Shown here: piece by piece, positions 27,811 through 35,347 of the stretch
Position numbering within the stretch: the stretch's first letter is position 1
How the letters are laid out: every line of letters starts with the position of its first letter
IMG/VR virus record: IMGVR_UViG_3300026549_001501
Coordinates: 1 to 35,347 of that record
Source of the DNA: a virus
Taxonomy: Duplodnaviria > Heunggongvirae > Uroviricota > Caudoviricetes
DNA: 35,347 bases
Reading direction: 5' to 3' (one strand)
Translations under genes and position numbers: made by a program
Notes under the pieces: generated by a model
What the model was told of the DNA's origin: nothing
Database searches by the model: none
What the model saw: the letters and a program-made list of their open reading frames with translations, nothing else

Positions 27811-28974
27811 TTAGTCTTGAAGTTGTTTCTTAATGAAAAACTCGTCATATTCGTCAGCAGTGGGCCAATCAAATTTTTCAATCATATCATTGAAAGCGCT
27901 TGCCTTGATTTGCCCTTCCCTTCTGTTGATATTTGATTGAAGTGTAGGAGCCTCAATATAAACATAAATCCACTCAATATTGTTGACAGACGCGTGGTTT
28001 GCCATCGTATGATAGTCGTCTCTGTACTTCTTTTTAAGATTAATGTTATTAATGACAAAATCAACTCCATTCTTGGCATATTCGGACAATCTATTGTTGA
28101 ATATTTCGGAAACTTTCTTTTCCTGCTCGGGTGTTCCGATAATTTTGTCGTCTTTTCCGCAATATCCGAGTTCCGCACGAATGTCGTCGCGACTAAGAAC
28201 CTTAATATTCCTGTCCTTAAACATATCATCAATGGCGGTGTTCTTTCCTGCGCCGGGAAGCCCAATGAACATAAATGCCTGCGTCTTTCCCTTATCAGGA
28301 TCCGTTGATTCCCAATTCACATTTTTTCCGAAGATTTTTCTGCGATCAAATGAACGCTTGTAAACGGTTATATCATAACAGTTCATTTCTGTAGAGAACC
28401 TTCTGAGGAATTGGAGTTTTGCCATGTCGATATTCGTCTGATTCTTGTCCTCTGGCTGGCTTCCAAGGCAATCACATGTTTTGACGAAAATAGCACTCTG
28501 CCAAGTGAAAAATTGATAGCAAGACATTCTCAACATCTTAGTGGCGAAGTCCCTTGATTCGGCTACCCTAAGAACGTCCATATGCCAACGGATAAGCGTG
28601 CATACAGTCTCCCTTGCACCGAAATCTTCGTCCCATAGAATTCTTCGGGCGATACGCTCTCCGGCAACCTCATGGCCGTAGGAGTGCCAATTCCCCTTGG
28701 TGAACTCCGTAGTCGTCCCCTTTCCGATATCGTGGAAGAGAACGGCCGTAAGAAGAACTCGTTTTTGTGAGTCGGTAAATCCCTCGTATCTTTTCTCGAA
28801 CATGTCGTACGCAGCCTCCACGCATTTCACTGTATGCTGCCATGCGTTTCCTTCTCCGTGCCATTTCTGATTCTGCTCGCACTGCTTGAGCTTTGCGAAC
28901 TCGGGAACAGTCTCTACGTAATCCCACTTTACCTTGTAGTCGTCAGTTATGTATTTTTCAAACAGTTTAGTCAT
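27811..28974 (-). CDS. HD-domain phosphohydrolase fused to a P-loop polynucleotide-kinase-like domain
   Basis: WHGEGNAWQHT...LFHDIGK...IRWHM (HD); FIGLPGAGKNT (Walker A), LSRDDIR, VINNINL. Confidence 0.82.
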   Translation of the reverse strand: MTKLFEKYITDDYKVKWDYVETVPEFAKLKQCEQNQKWHGEGNAWQHTVKCVEAAYDMFEKRYEGFTDSQKRVLLTAVLFHDIGKGTTTEFTKGNWHSYGHEVAGERIARRILWDEDFGARETVCTLIRWHMDVLRVAESRDFATKMLRMSCYQFFTWQSAIFVKTCDCLGSQPEDKNQTNIDMAKLQFLRRFSTEMNCYDITVYKRSFDRRKIFGKNVNWESTDPDKGKTQAFMFIGLPGAGKNTAIDDMFKDRNIKVLSRDDIRAELGYCGKDDKIIGTPEQEKKVSEIFNNRLSEYAKNGVDFVINNINLKKKYRDDYHTMANHASVNNIEWIYVYIEAPTLQSNINRREGQIKASAFNDMIEKFDWPTADEYDEFFIKKQLQD

Positions 28975-29287
28975 ATGCTATATAATAATCCTTAAATTTT
29001 TCGTATTCAATGCATCCTGTCATTACACTTTCCCTATGGAAATTTGTAAGAACAGAGTTGTTGAGCTCTTCCTTGGAATCTGAAACAGCGATAATCCTCT
29101 TGTGATTACCGGAGACATACGGGGCGTGTACAACCTCGAACGAAATTCCGTCGTCCTCAGCCCAAAGCTCAAATGGGCGGCTCAAATCTGGCTCTACACC
29201 AAGTCTCGTAACCTTGAAAGCGTATTTTCCGAAATTCTTTTCAAGATATTGCCTTGCGATTCTTCTGCGTGTTTCTTTGCTGAGCAT
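28967..29287 (-). CDS. Hypothetical protein (106 aa)
   Basis: It overlaps the next gene's start. The ATG at 29287 is preferred because the track's TTG at 29314 lies inside the promoter box. Confidence 0.6.
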   Translation of the reverse strand: MLSKETRRRIARQYLEKNFGKYAFKVTRLGVEPDLSRPFELWAEDDGISFEVVHAPYVSGNHKRIIAVSDSKEELNNSVLTNFHRESVMTGCIEYEKFKDYYIAYD

Positions 29288-29311
29288 AATCGTTATTTTT
29301 ATCGTTCTCAG

Positions 29312-29319
29312 CAAATATA
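29312..29319 (-). promoter_or_regulatory. Bacteroidota-type -7 box (TATATTTG)
   Basis: It matches the TAnnTTTG consensus in the intergenic gap upstream of the HD-kinase/ligase operon. Confidence 0.6.
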
Positions 29320-29344
29320 GGAATTATTCTTCAATTTTCCAAAT

Positions 29345-29923
29345 TTAATCCCACCATAGTTCCTCTTTTTCGAGGCGAATTTTATGATAAAGATACCTGG
29401 CCTTTCTTTTATATAACTCGTGTGGATATTTTGTGAAATATTCCTTTTCATGCTCGTTAAAGACAAACCTGCCCATGTTTCTCATATTCACATTAACGTC
29501 ACAAACATATTCAAAATCGTCCGTGGGCCTCATTTCATATGTATCATCGCCGTCTTCGTCATTTACGTCGCTTTTAACGAATTCGATATCGCCGTTATGG
29601 TGGTATAGTTTTGTTTCGTCACCGTTGAATATGTCGATCAATTTTGCACAGATTCGCAAATCGCGAACCGCGAATTCAACACCGACAAATCTATCGTTCG
29701 CCTCAAGATAATCAGCCATTTCGATGATTTTAGCCTTCTCAATGTCAATCATGAACGAGCTATCATACGGATAACTCGCAAGAGTAGCCTTAAGAACTCT
29801 CAGGAAACGTTTCTTAGTATGCATACGCACCCAATACCACGCCTCTCTTAACTTTGAACAGAGAGAGGGGTGCATAATGTTCTTCAAATCCTCGAAAAAT
29901 TTATTTGTGGCTGTTACTTCCAT
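29345..29923 (-). CDS. Hypothetical phage protein (192 aa)
   Basis: Intact ORF with a TAATG overlap with thg1; no recognisable motif. Confidence 0.65.
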   Translation of the reverse strand: MEVTATNKFFEDLKNIMHPSLCSKLREAWYWVRMHTKKRFLRVLKATLASYPYDSSFMIDIEKAKIIEMADYLEANDRFVGVEFAVRDLRICAKLIDIFNGDETKLYHHNGDIEFVKSDVNDEDGDDTYEMRPTDDFEYVCDVNVNMRNMGRFVFNEHEKEYFTKYPHELYKRKARYLYHKIRLEKEELWWD

Positions 29924-30720
29924 TATCGCTTAGGTATCAATGTCCTTATGATGTTGTCTTCCTCGTCGAACGGAGTGGCGCCGAACGGAGTCCATACGTT
30001 TCTGTCGTACTCAATGGTTTCTCCGTCAATTTCCTTCGACATTCTCGTTCCTACCTTATAGATAAGACGTCCGTATTTTTCTCCGTCGGTATATTGGTAC
30101 CAATCAATACCCTTTTCCGATTTCAGCTTCTCAATTTGCTCGTCTGCGCTGAGTTTGAGAAGAGATTTGTGAGAAAGGTACGTCTGTGCTGCCTGCTGTT
30201 TGCTGTTCCTTGTGCAGTCGTGCTGACGATACAGGAACCACCCGAAAGCCTCATTGTAGGAAGGAACACTCCAAACCTTGCAATCAAACGCAGCCGGCTT
30301 CATATCTGAAACAACGTTGGAATCGTCAAATTTTCCATCGTTCTTTTTAAGCAAATCAATTGCTACAAGTTGGTTAAACTTTCCTGCAGCCATTGACGCA
30401 AAAAGCGACTGCATTTTACATAGACGATAACTGAAGCATGCGTCAGTCTCAGGAGTGTCAAAGTCGGTGATCAAGATTGAAATCTCGTCAGATTGTACAT
30501 ATGCGAACTTCGCGCCCTGAATGTTCTGAAGAAGATAGCTGGCAGTATCGTTCATATATTTCATAAAATTCTCATCAAATGGAAGTTTATATTTCTTCTT
30601 TACCATTTGGCTGAAGCAGTGCCCATCGAGCATAGCGATAACGTAACTGTTCGGGGTAAGCCTATAATCAGTAAGCCCCCTGAAATATTCGCTCTTTTCT
30701 TTAAGTGTTCCGAAATGCAT
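29923..30720 (-). CDS. thg1: tRNA(His) guanylyltransferase Thg1-like 3'-5' polymerase
   Basis: IAMLDGHCFS, YVQSDEISIL, FDCKVW, LYRQHDCTRNS, K.G.DW and KYGR, the conserved Thg1/TLP motifs. Confidence 0.9.
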   Translation of the reverse strand: MHFGTLKEKSEYFRGLTDYRLTPNSYVIAMLDGHCFSQMVKKKYKLPFDENFMKYMNDTASYLLQNIQGAKFAYVQSDEISILITDFDTPETDACFSYRLCKMQSLFASMAAGKFNQLVAIDLLKKNDGKFDDSNVVSDMKPAAFDCKVWSVPSYNEAFGWFLYRQHDCTRNSKQQAAQTYLSHKSLLKLSADEQIEKLKSEKGIDWYQYTDGEKYGRLIYKVGTRMSKEIDGETIEYDRNVWTPFGATPFDEEDNIIRTLIPKR

Positions 30721-30722
30721 AT

Positions 30723-31142
30723 CTATTCGTTATTTTTATTTGTTATTGTTATTGTGAGTTCAGGCAACTCTATAAATTCTTGTTCAGCAATCTTCTTGCT
30801 ATAGTAAATTCCTGAAAATTTACTATCAACGTGGGCTCTATGATTTTCAATTTTTTTATTAATGGATATTGCGTCGGAAATGATGTAGCTAATTGTTTCC
30901 GTTGACATCTTATCGTTAATGCTTTGAACTAAGTTTTCGCAACGTGCTTTCCTGTTGCAAAGATACTTTGAATCGCTTGGAATTGATGCGATGATTACGA
31001 CAGATACGATGAATCCCGTAAGAACAAATGCGAGAGGAAGTGCAAAGAGTTCAATGCTGGCATCGTTATCTTTTTTGATAGAAATCAAAAGCCCCGCGAT
31101 AAGAGCAACCATAAGTACGGTAAGTAAAATAAATCCAATCAT
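30723..31142 (-). CDS. Predicted membrane protein (two N-terminal hydrophobic helices)
   Basis: MIGFILLTVLMVALIAGLLI and LFALPLAFVLTGFIVSVVIIA. Confidence 0.6.
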   Translation of the reverse strand: MIGFILLTVLMVALIAGLLISIKKDNDASIELFALPLAFVLTGFIVSVVIIASIPSDSKYLCNRKARCENLVQSINDKMSTETISYIISDAISINKKIENHRAHVDSKFSGIYYSKKIAEQEFIELPELTITITNKNNE

Positions 31143-31153
31143 TTGTTTAATTT

Positions 31154-31837
31154 TTAAATTCTATAACCTTGTTTTAACATTAAATTGTCGATGTATTCTT
31201 GGAAGGTATTGCACCCGGCAGCCTTAATCTTATCTTTCATATATCGGTAAACCTTATCAAGGCTAATGAGGCTATAATTTGCGAGGTTTCCGTCTAATCC
31301 GACGTCCACACGAAGTTCCTCACTTTTTTCGTTTATTAAATCGAGTGTTCCGTGAACATGTCCATGTAGATGCGTTGTTCCGTGTGTTCTCCTATTCCAA
31401 GCAATCATTGGAAAATGACACATTTCAACACAGAAAGTCTCACTTGGATCAATGAATGGAAACATTTCGTGAGTAAACTTTGCCTCCTTTATGCTACCAA
31501 CCCATTCGAAGTAGTTTTCAAGCCCCTTGCAACTCTTATCATGATTGCCAGTTATTAGGTACTTTTTTCCGTGAAGCTGACGTAATATTTTCTCGGTTCT
31601 TTCCTTATTCCCAAGACAAAAGTCGCCAAGAATGTAAACCACATCGTGTTTTTCTACCTGTTCGTTCCATAGATTTATCAGCCACTTGTCATGGATATCC
31701 ATACATTGATTCTTGTCCCCCTTCTGCAGGTGTTCAAGTGATATTCCAGCAAGGTTCCTCCGCTTCGGCTTGAAGTAAAGGATATTTGCGTGTGTGAAAT
31801 GCAAATCTGATATGAACCACACTTTATACTTTTCCAT
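31154..31837 (-). CDS. Calcineurin-like metallophosphoesterase
   Basis: WFISDLHF, YILGDF, GNHD, CHFP, HLHGHVH. Confidence 0.9.
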   Translation of the reverse strand: MEKYKVWFISDLHFTHANILYFKPKRRNLAGISLEHLQKGDKNQCMDIHDKWLINLWNEQVEKHDVVYILGDFCLGNKERTEKILRQLHGKKYLITGNHDKSCKGLENYFEWVGSIKEAKFTHEMFPFIDPSETFCVEMCHFPMIAWNRRTHGTTHLHGHVHGTLDLINEKSEELRVDVGLDGNLANYSLISLDKVYRYMKDKIKAAGCNTFQEYIDNLMLKQGYRI

Positions 31838-31841
31838 ATTG

Positions 31842-31873
31842 CAAATATAACGATAATTTTTCTATTTTACAAC
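31842..31873 (-). promoter_or_regulatory. Bacteroidota-type promoter (GTTG-N20-TATATTTG), 4 nt from the ATG
   Basis: The -7 box is at 31842-31849 with a -33-like (G)TTG 20 nt upstream; the ATG is at 31837. Confidence 0.65.
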
Positions 31874-31883
31874 TTTTCTACAA

Positions 31884-31919
31884 AAATCTACGGCTTTTTT
31901 CAAAATTAGCCGTAGATTT
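31884..31919. terminator. 12-bp inverted repeat downstream of dnaK
   Basis: AAATCTACGGCT-N12-AGCCGTAGATTT. Confidence 0.5.
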
Positions 31920-31977
31920 GTTCAAATTTAGACAATTTTGCCCGGTTTAGTGCCTGAATTTGGAAAATTTTACCAAC

Positions 31978-32007
31978 AAAAAACCAACCTTCATTTCTGA
32001 AAGTTGG
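31978..32007 (-). terminator. Intrinsic terminator of dnaK
   Basis: - strand CCAACTTTCA-GAAA-TGAAGGTTGG-TTTTTT: GNRA loop, one G-U pair. Confidence 0.8.
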
Positions 32008-32031
32008 CTTCCTGAACATACGGTAAACAAA

Positions 32032-33873
32032 TTACTTCTCAGGCTCTGCAGTTGCTTCTGCCTCTGGCTGTCCCTGTGGGGCGCTTTCCTGATAGATTCT
32101 TGTTGCGATAGGAATCCACTTTTCCTGAAGAGCCTTCTGCGCAGCGTCAATATCCTCGATTTTCTTCTCCGCAGCGGCTTTCTTGAGGTTTTCGATAAGG
32201 GGTTCAAGTTCCTTCTTTTCGTCCTCAGTAACTTTTTCTCCGAATGATTCGATTGCCTTGGAAATCTGGAAAGCGAACGAGTCGGCTGCGTTGATTTTAT
32301 CAACTTCTTCTTTTGCCTTCTTGTCAGCCTCTGCAAATTCCTCAGCTTCTTTCTTCATTCGTTCAACCTCGGCGTCGGTTAAACCGCCCTTAGCCTCAAT
32401 CGTGATATGCTGCTCTTTTTCAGTAGCCTTATCCTTAGCGGAGACGGAGAGAATACCGTTGGCGTCAATGTCGAACGTAACCTCGATTTGAGGAATGTGA
32501 GCAGGAGCAGGCGCAATTCCGTCAAGGTGGAAAATGCCAATCTGTTTATTATCCTTAGCCATAGGACGGTTGCCCTGAAGGACGTTGATTTCAACACCCG
32601 GCTGATTGTCAACAGCCGTAGAGAATATCTGCGTTTTCTTGGCAGGGATAGTAGTGTTAGCCTCGATAACGGTTGTCATAACGCCGCCCATAGTCTCAAT
32701 TCCGAGGTTAAGCGGTGTAACGTCAAGGAGAAGCAAGTCTGTGTTCTCGCCTGCAAGGATACCGCCCTGAACAGCGGCGCCGAGAGAAACAGCCTCGTCT
32801 GGATTGGCAGTCTTGATAAGCGTTACGCCGAACTCCTTCTCGAGTCTCTCCTGAACATAGGGGATACGGGTTGAACCACCGACAAGGAGAATTCCGTCAA
32901 TATCCTTAGACGTTAATTTCGCACGTTTTAGAGCCTCTTTACCGCAGTTGATAACCTTGGTAATCTCCTTGTCTATAAGTGCCTCAAATTTCGCCTTAGA
33001 AAGCGATTTTACGAGGTGGATAGGCTGATTGTCAACCGCCGTTATATACGGGAGGTTAATTTCTGCCGTTGCAGTGTTGGAGAGTTCAATCTTAGCCTTT
33101 TCAGCAGCCTCGAGAACACGCGACATAGCCATAGGATCCTTGGATAAGTCAACGCCGTTCTCTGCCTTGAACTCTGATACAATCCAATCGGATACAAGTT
33201 TATCCAAGTCACTACCACCGCAGTAAACGTCACCGTATGAAGCCTTGATTTCAACCACCTTATCGGCAATCTCTGCAACGGAGAAGTCAAGCGTAGCGCC
33301 ACCATAGTCAACTACCATATACTTACCTTCCTTCTCCATGTCAATGCCGGAAGCAAGGATTGCAGCAGTAGGCTCGGAAATCACTCGGAGCACATTAAGT
33401 CCTGCAATCTCGCCGGCTTTCTTCGTAGCCTCACGCGCCTCGTTTCCGAAGAACGCAGGAACGGTAATAATCGCGTCTTTCACAGTCTCGCCAAGATAAG
33501 CCTCCGCAGAAGCCTTCATTTTAGCTACAATCATAGCGGACAGTTCCTCAGGGGTGTACTCCTTACCTTCCACAATCACCTTAGGATAGCCGTTTACGTT
33601 TTTCACTTCATATTGAACGTGTGAAATGTTGTCTTTCACCTCGTCGTAAGTTCCGCCCATGAATCGTTTGATAAGGACGATGGTTTCTTTCGGGTTGATA
33701 ACAGCCTGTCTCTTAGCGGCGGTTCCGACTTTTCTTTCTCCGTTCTTAAGCGATATTACGGACGGGGTTGTTCTTCCGCCTTCTTCATTTACAATAATTG
33801 TTGGTTTTCCGCCTTCCATGACGGAAACTTCGCTCAATGTTGAGCCCAAATCAATTCCAATAACTTTACTCAT
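32032..33873 (-). CDS. dnaK: Hsp70 chaperone DnaK
   Basis: [88 protein letters not shown]. Confidence 0.97.
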   Translation of the reverse strand: MSKVIGIDLGSTLSEVSVMEGGKPTIIVNEEGGRTTPSVISLKNGERKVGTAAKRQAVINPKETIVLIKRFMGGTYDEVKDNISHVQYEVKNVNGYPKVIVEGKEYTPEELSAMIVAKMKASAEAYLGETVKDAIITVPAFFGNEAREATKKAGEIAGLNVLRVISEPTAAILASGIDMEKEGKYMVVDYGGATLDFSVAEIADKVVEIKASYGDVYCGGSDLDKLVSDWIVSEFKAENGVDLSKDPMAMSRVLEAAEKAKIELSNTATAEINLPYITAVDNQPIHLVKSLSKAKFEALIDKEITKVINCGKEALKRAKLTSKDIDGILLVGGSTRIPYVQERLEKEFGVTLIKTANPDEAVSLGAAVQGGILAGENTDLLLLDVTPLNLGIETMGGVMTTVIEANTTIPAKKTQIFSTAVDNQPGVEINVLQGNRPMAKDNKQIGIFHLDGIAPAPAHIPQIEVTFDIDANGILSVSAKDKATEKEQHITIEAKGGLTDAEVERMKKEAEEFAEADKKAKEEVDKINAADSFAFQISKAIESFGEKVTEDEKKELEPLIENLKKAAAEKKIEDIDAAQKALQEKWIPIATRIYQESAPQGQPEAEATAEPEK

Positions 33874-34376
33874 GATAAATCTGTTATAGCATATAATTTT
33901 TGTCCATCATTTTGCACGATTCGGAATCTGTCTCCGATTTTGACATCACCGCATACGTGAATGATTACAGTTTCCTTATTTTCAAAAAGCTCGCCAACAC
34001 ACGAAATGTCGCCATCAACCTTAGGCTTTCCTTCAATTATGTCGATAATCGTGCCTTCTTTATCAACAAAATTAACTTGTTCTGACATTTTGTCAGTGGT
34101 GGTTGGCACGTCAGGAAACTCAATCTTATTAACGTTGTATGCAATGCAGAGGATACAAGCTGAAATGCCGAAAAAGATGCCTATAGGCGGGTTTGAAGCC
34201 ATTCCGAACAACGCCGATACCCAGAAATACGCGGCAATACCTGATACGATAGCCATCACAACCCTCCAATATGGAGAGCCGTGAAATTCATTATCAAATT
34301 TAAGCTCGGAAGATAATTTTCCTACTATATACACAAACGTCGCAATCGCTGCGGCCAATATCTTAAAAGGTATCAT
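33870..34376 (-). CDS. NfeD-like membrane protein (TM helices + C-terminal OB-fold-like domain)
   Basis: Three hydrophobic segments, then GTIIDII...VKIGDRFRIVQNDGQKLYAI. ATGA overlap with dnaK. Confidence 0.5.
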   Translation of the reverse strand: MIPFKILAAAIATFVYIVGKLSSELKFDNEFHGSPYWRVVMAIVSGIAAYFWVSALFGMASNPPIGIFFGISACILCIAYNVNKIEFPDVPTTTDKMSEQVNFVDKEGTIIDIIEGKPKVDGDISCVGELFENKETVIIHVCGDVKIGDRFRIVQNDGQKLYAITDLS

Positions 34377-34711
34377 AGTGTCTTTTCTCCAATATACGTA
34401 TCAGGGACGTCTCCGATGATTTGATCAATTTCGTCCCTATCGAAGACTATTGGCTCAAGAAGAGCCTCACCGTCAGGGCCGCATTCACTCAGGCTCATTG
34501 TAACGTCCACGTATTTGTGCTCTTTCTTCTTTCTGAATAGATTCAAGAACGCATCCACAGAGCTATCCTTCACGTTGCAACGTATGACGCAGGTGAACAA
34601 ATAGTTATCATACTCGTTAACCTTGCTGAAGAAATACGGGTGCTTTTGAAGAATCTTAACAAGGGTTCTCTGCGAATCGTAATTTTCTGTCTCTTTAAAA
34701 TTGATGTTCAT
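34373..34711 (-). CDS. Hypothetical protein (112 aa)
   Basis: Intact ORF with an ATGA overlap with the next gene. Confidence 0.6.
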   Translation of the reverse strand: MNINFKETENYDSQRTLVKILQKHPYFFSKVNEYDNYLFTCVIRCNVKDSSVDAFLNLFRKKKEHKYVDVTMSLSECGPDGEALLEPIVFDRDEIDQIIGDVPDTYIGEKTL

Positions 34712-34730
34712 TTTACGTATCTAATTTTTG

Positions 34731-34738
34731 CAAAAATA
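34731..34738 (-). promoter_or_regulatory. Bacteroidota-type -7 box (TATTTTTG)
   Basis: It matches TAnnTTTG, 19 nt upstream of the first gene of the dnaK operon. Confidence 0.55.
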
Positions 34739-34745
34739 AGCACTT

Positions 34746-35345
34746 TTATTCAGAATCCAAATTTTTTCCGATAATAAGTTCATTTGCATAAGGAAGTTCG
34801 CGTACAAATTTACAAAATTCACCCCAATCTTCGCGAAGCTTGTGTGTCTTTCTCTGCCAATACATTGTCTGCAGTTGCTTGTAATTTGTTGATACCCTTA
34901 CAAATAACTCTGCGCCCATAGGACAGTCGCTGATACACTTCATATAAGCCCAGTAAAGAGCCTCTCCCTTGTTCCTGGTTATTAGCTCCGTTCCGTCGCG
35001 AAGAACAAACGTTGCCCCTTTAAAATCTTCCCATTCAGCAATGCTATTGTACCTCTCAATATCTTTATTAAGCCTGTCAATGCATTCTTGGGAAACATAC
35101 TTATTACAAATTTTATCAGCGTCCATCTTTACGAGGCGGTGCATCATAGAATTACTTGAAACGTAGTCGAACCAATGATAACGTTGAAATTGCTTCGTGA
35201 TATATTGGCTGTATTTTAAGTCAAATGATACACGGATTCCCGTAAGAAAGTTGTCGTGGCATTTTACGTTCGGGCTTTCCGCGGAAGTTTTAACCAGCTT
35301 CTTTGCCCGCTCAAGCCCCTTCTCAAACTCCTCATCAGTATACTC
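34746..35345 (-). CDS. Divergent ThyX (FAD-dependent thymidylate synthase)-like protein; 5' end beyond the window
   Basis: The frame stays open past the track's ATG to the window end: EYTDEEFEKGLERAKKL...HDNFLTGIRVSFDLKYSQYITKQFQRYHWFDYVSSNSMMHRL. C-terminal STNYKQLQTMYWQRKTHKL..DWGEFC. Confidence 0.55.
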   Translation of the reverse strand, partial: EYTDEEFEKGLERAKKLVKTSAESPNVKCHDNFLTGIRVSFDLKYSQYITKQFQRYHWFDYVSSNSMMHRLVKMDADKICNKYVSQECIDRLNKDIERYNSIAEWEDFKGATFVLRDGTELITRNKGEALYWAYMKCISDCPMGAELFVRVSTNYKQLQTMYWQRKTHKLREDWGEFCKFVRELPYANELIIGKNLDSE

Positions 35346-35347
35346 CG

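Noticed and set aside
32032-33873. dnaK as evidence that the contig is bacterial chromosome
   Set aside because: There is no grpE, dnaJ or hrcA context. The gene is surrounded by S74 fibre, homing endonuclease, RNA-repair and small hypothetical genes typical of jumbo phages.
1-35347. Stop-codon reassignment (code 15/4) as in some gut jumbo phages
   Set aside because: Genes up to 8 kb are intact in code 11. TAG ends genes at coupled junctions (8357, 10988) and next to terminators (25242, 26349).

Overview
This window looks like a fragment of a large (jumbo-type) tailed phage genome, probably infecting a Bacteroidota host. The host call is an inference from TAnnTTTG promoter boxes and A-rich, SD-less translation starts. 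The standard genetic code fits: long ORFs are intact and TAG is used as a stop. There are three blocks. (1) + strand, 1-13011: a 5'-truncated collagen-like fibre gene built from 144-bp repeats with a C-terminal S74 chaperone, then a tightly coupled 9-gene glycan-synthesis operon. The operon encodes GT2-like, GT6-like and two GT92/GT2_4-like transferases, two methyltransferase domains, an NDP-sugar epimerase/dehydratase, and three copies of one unassigned domain. (2) - strand, 13048-25146: three probable virion genes, namely a 2675-aa LamG + CotH-like kinase + LRR protein, a 930-aa lamin-tail + metallophosphoesterase protein, and a 409-aa acidic protein. A free-standing LAGLIDADG endonuclease lies just upstream. 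(3) - strand, 26349-35347: an RNA-repair-like cluster (RNA ligase, HD + P-loop kinase, Thg1, metallophosphoesterase), plus dnaK, an NfeD-like protein and a divergent ThyX-like gene. The best candidates for an undescribed system are a phage-encoded virion/fibre glycosylation locus and an adjacent virion kinase/phosphatase pair. All family calls come from motif recognition by eye; no database searches were run.
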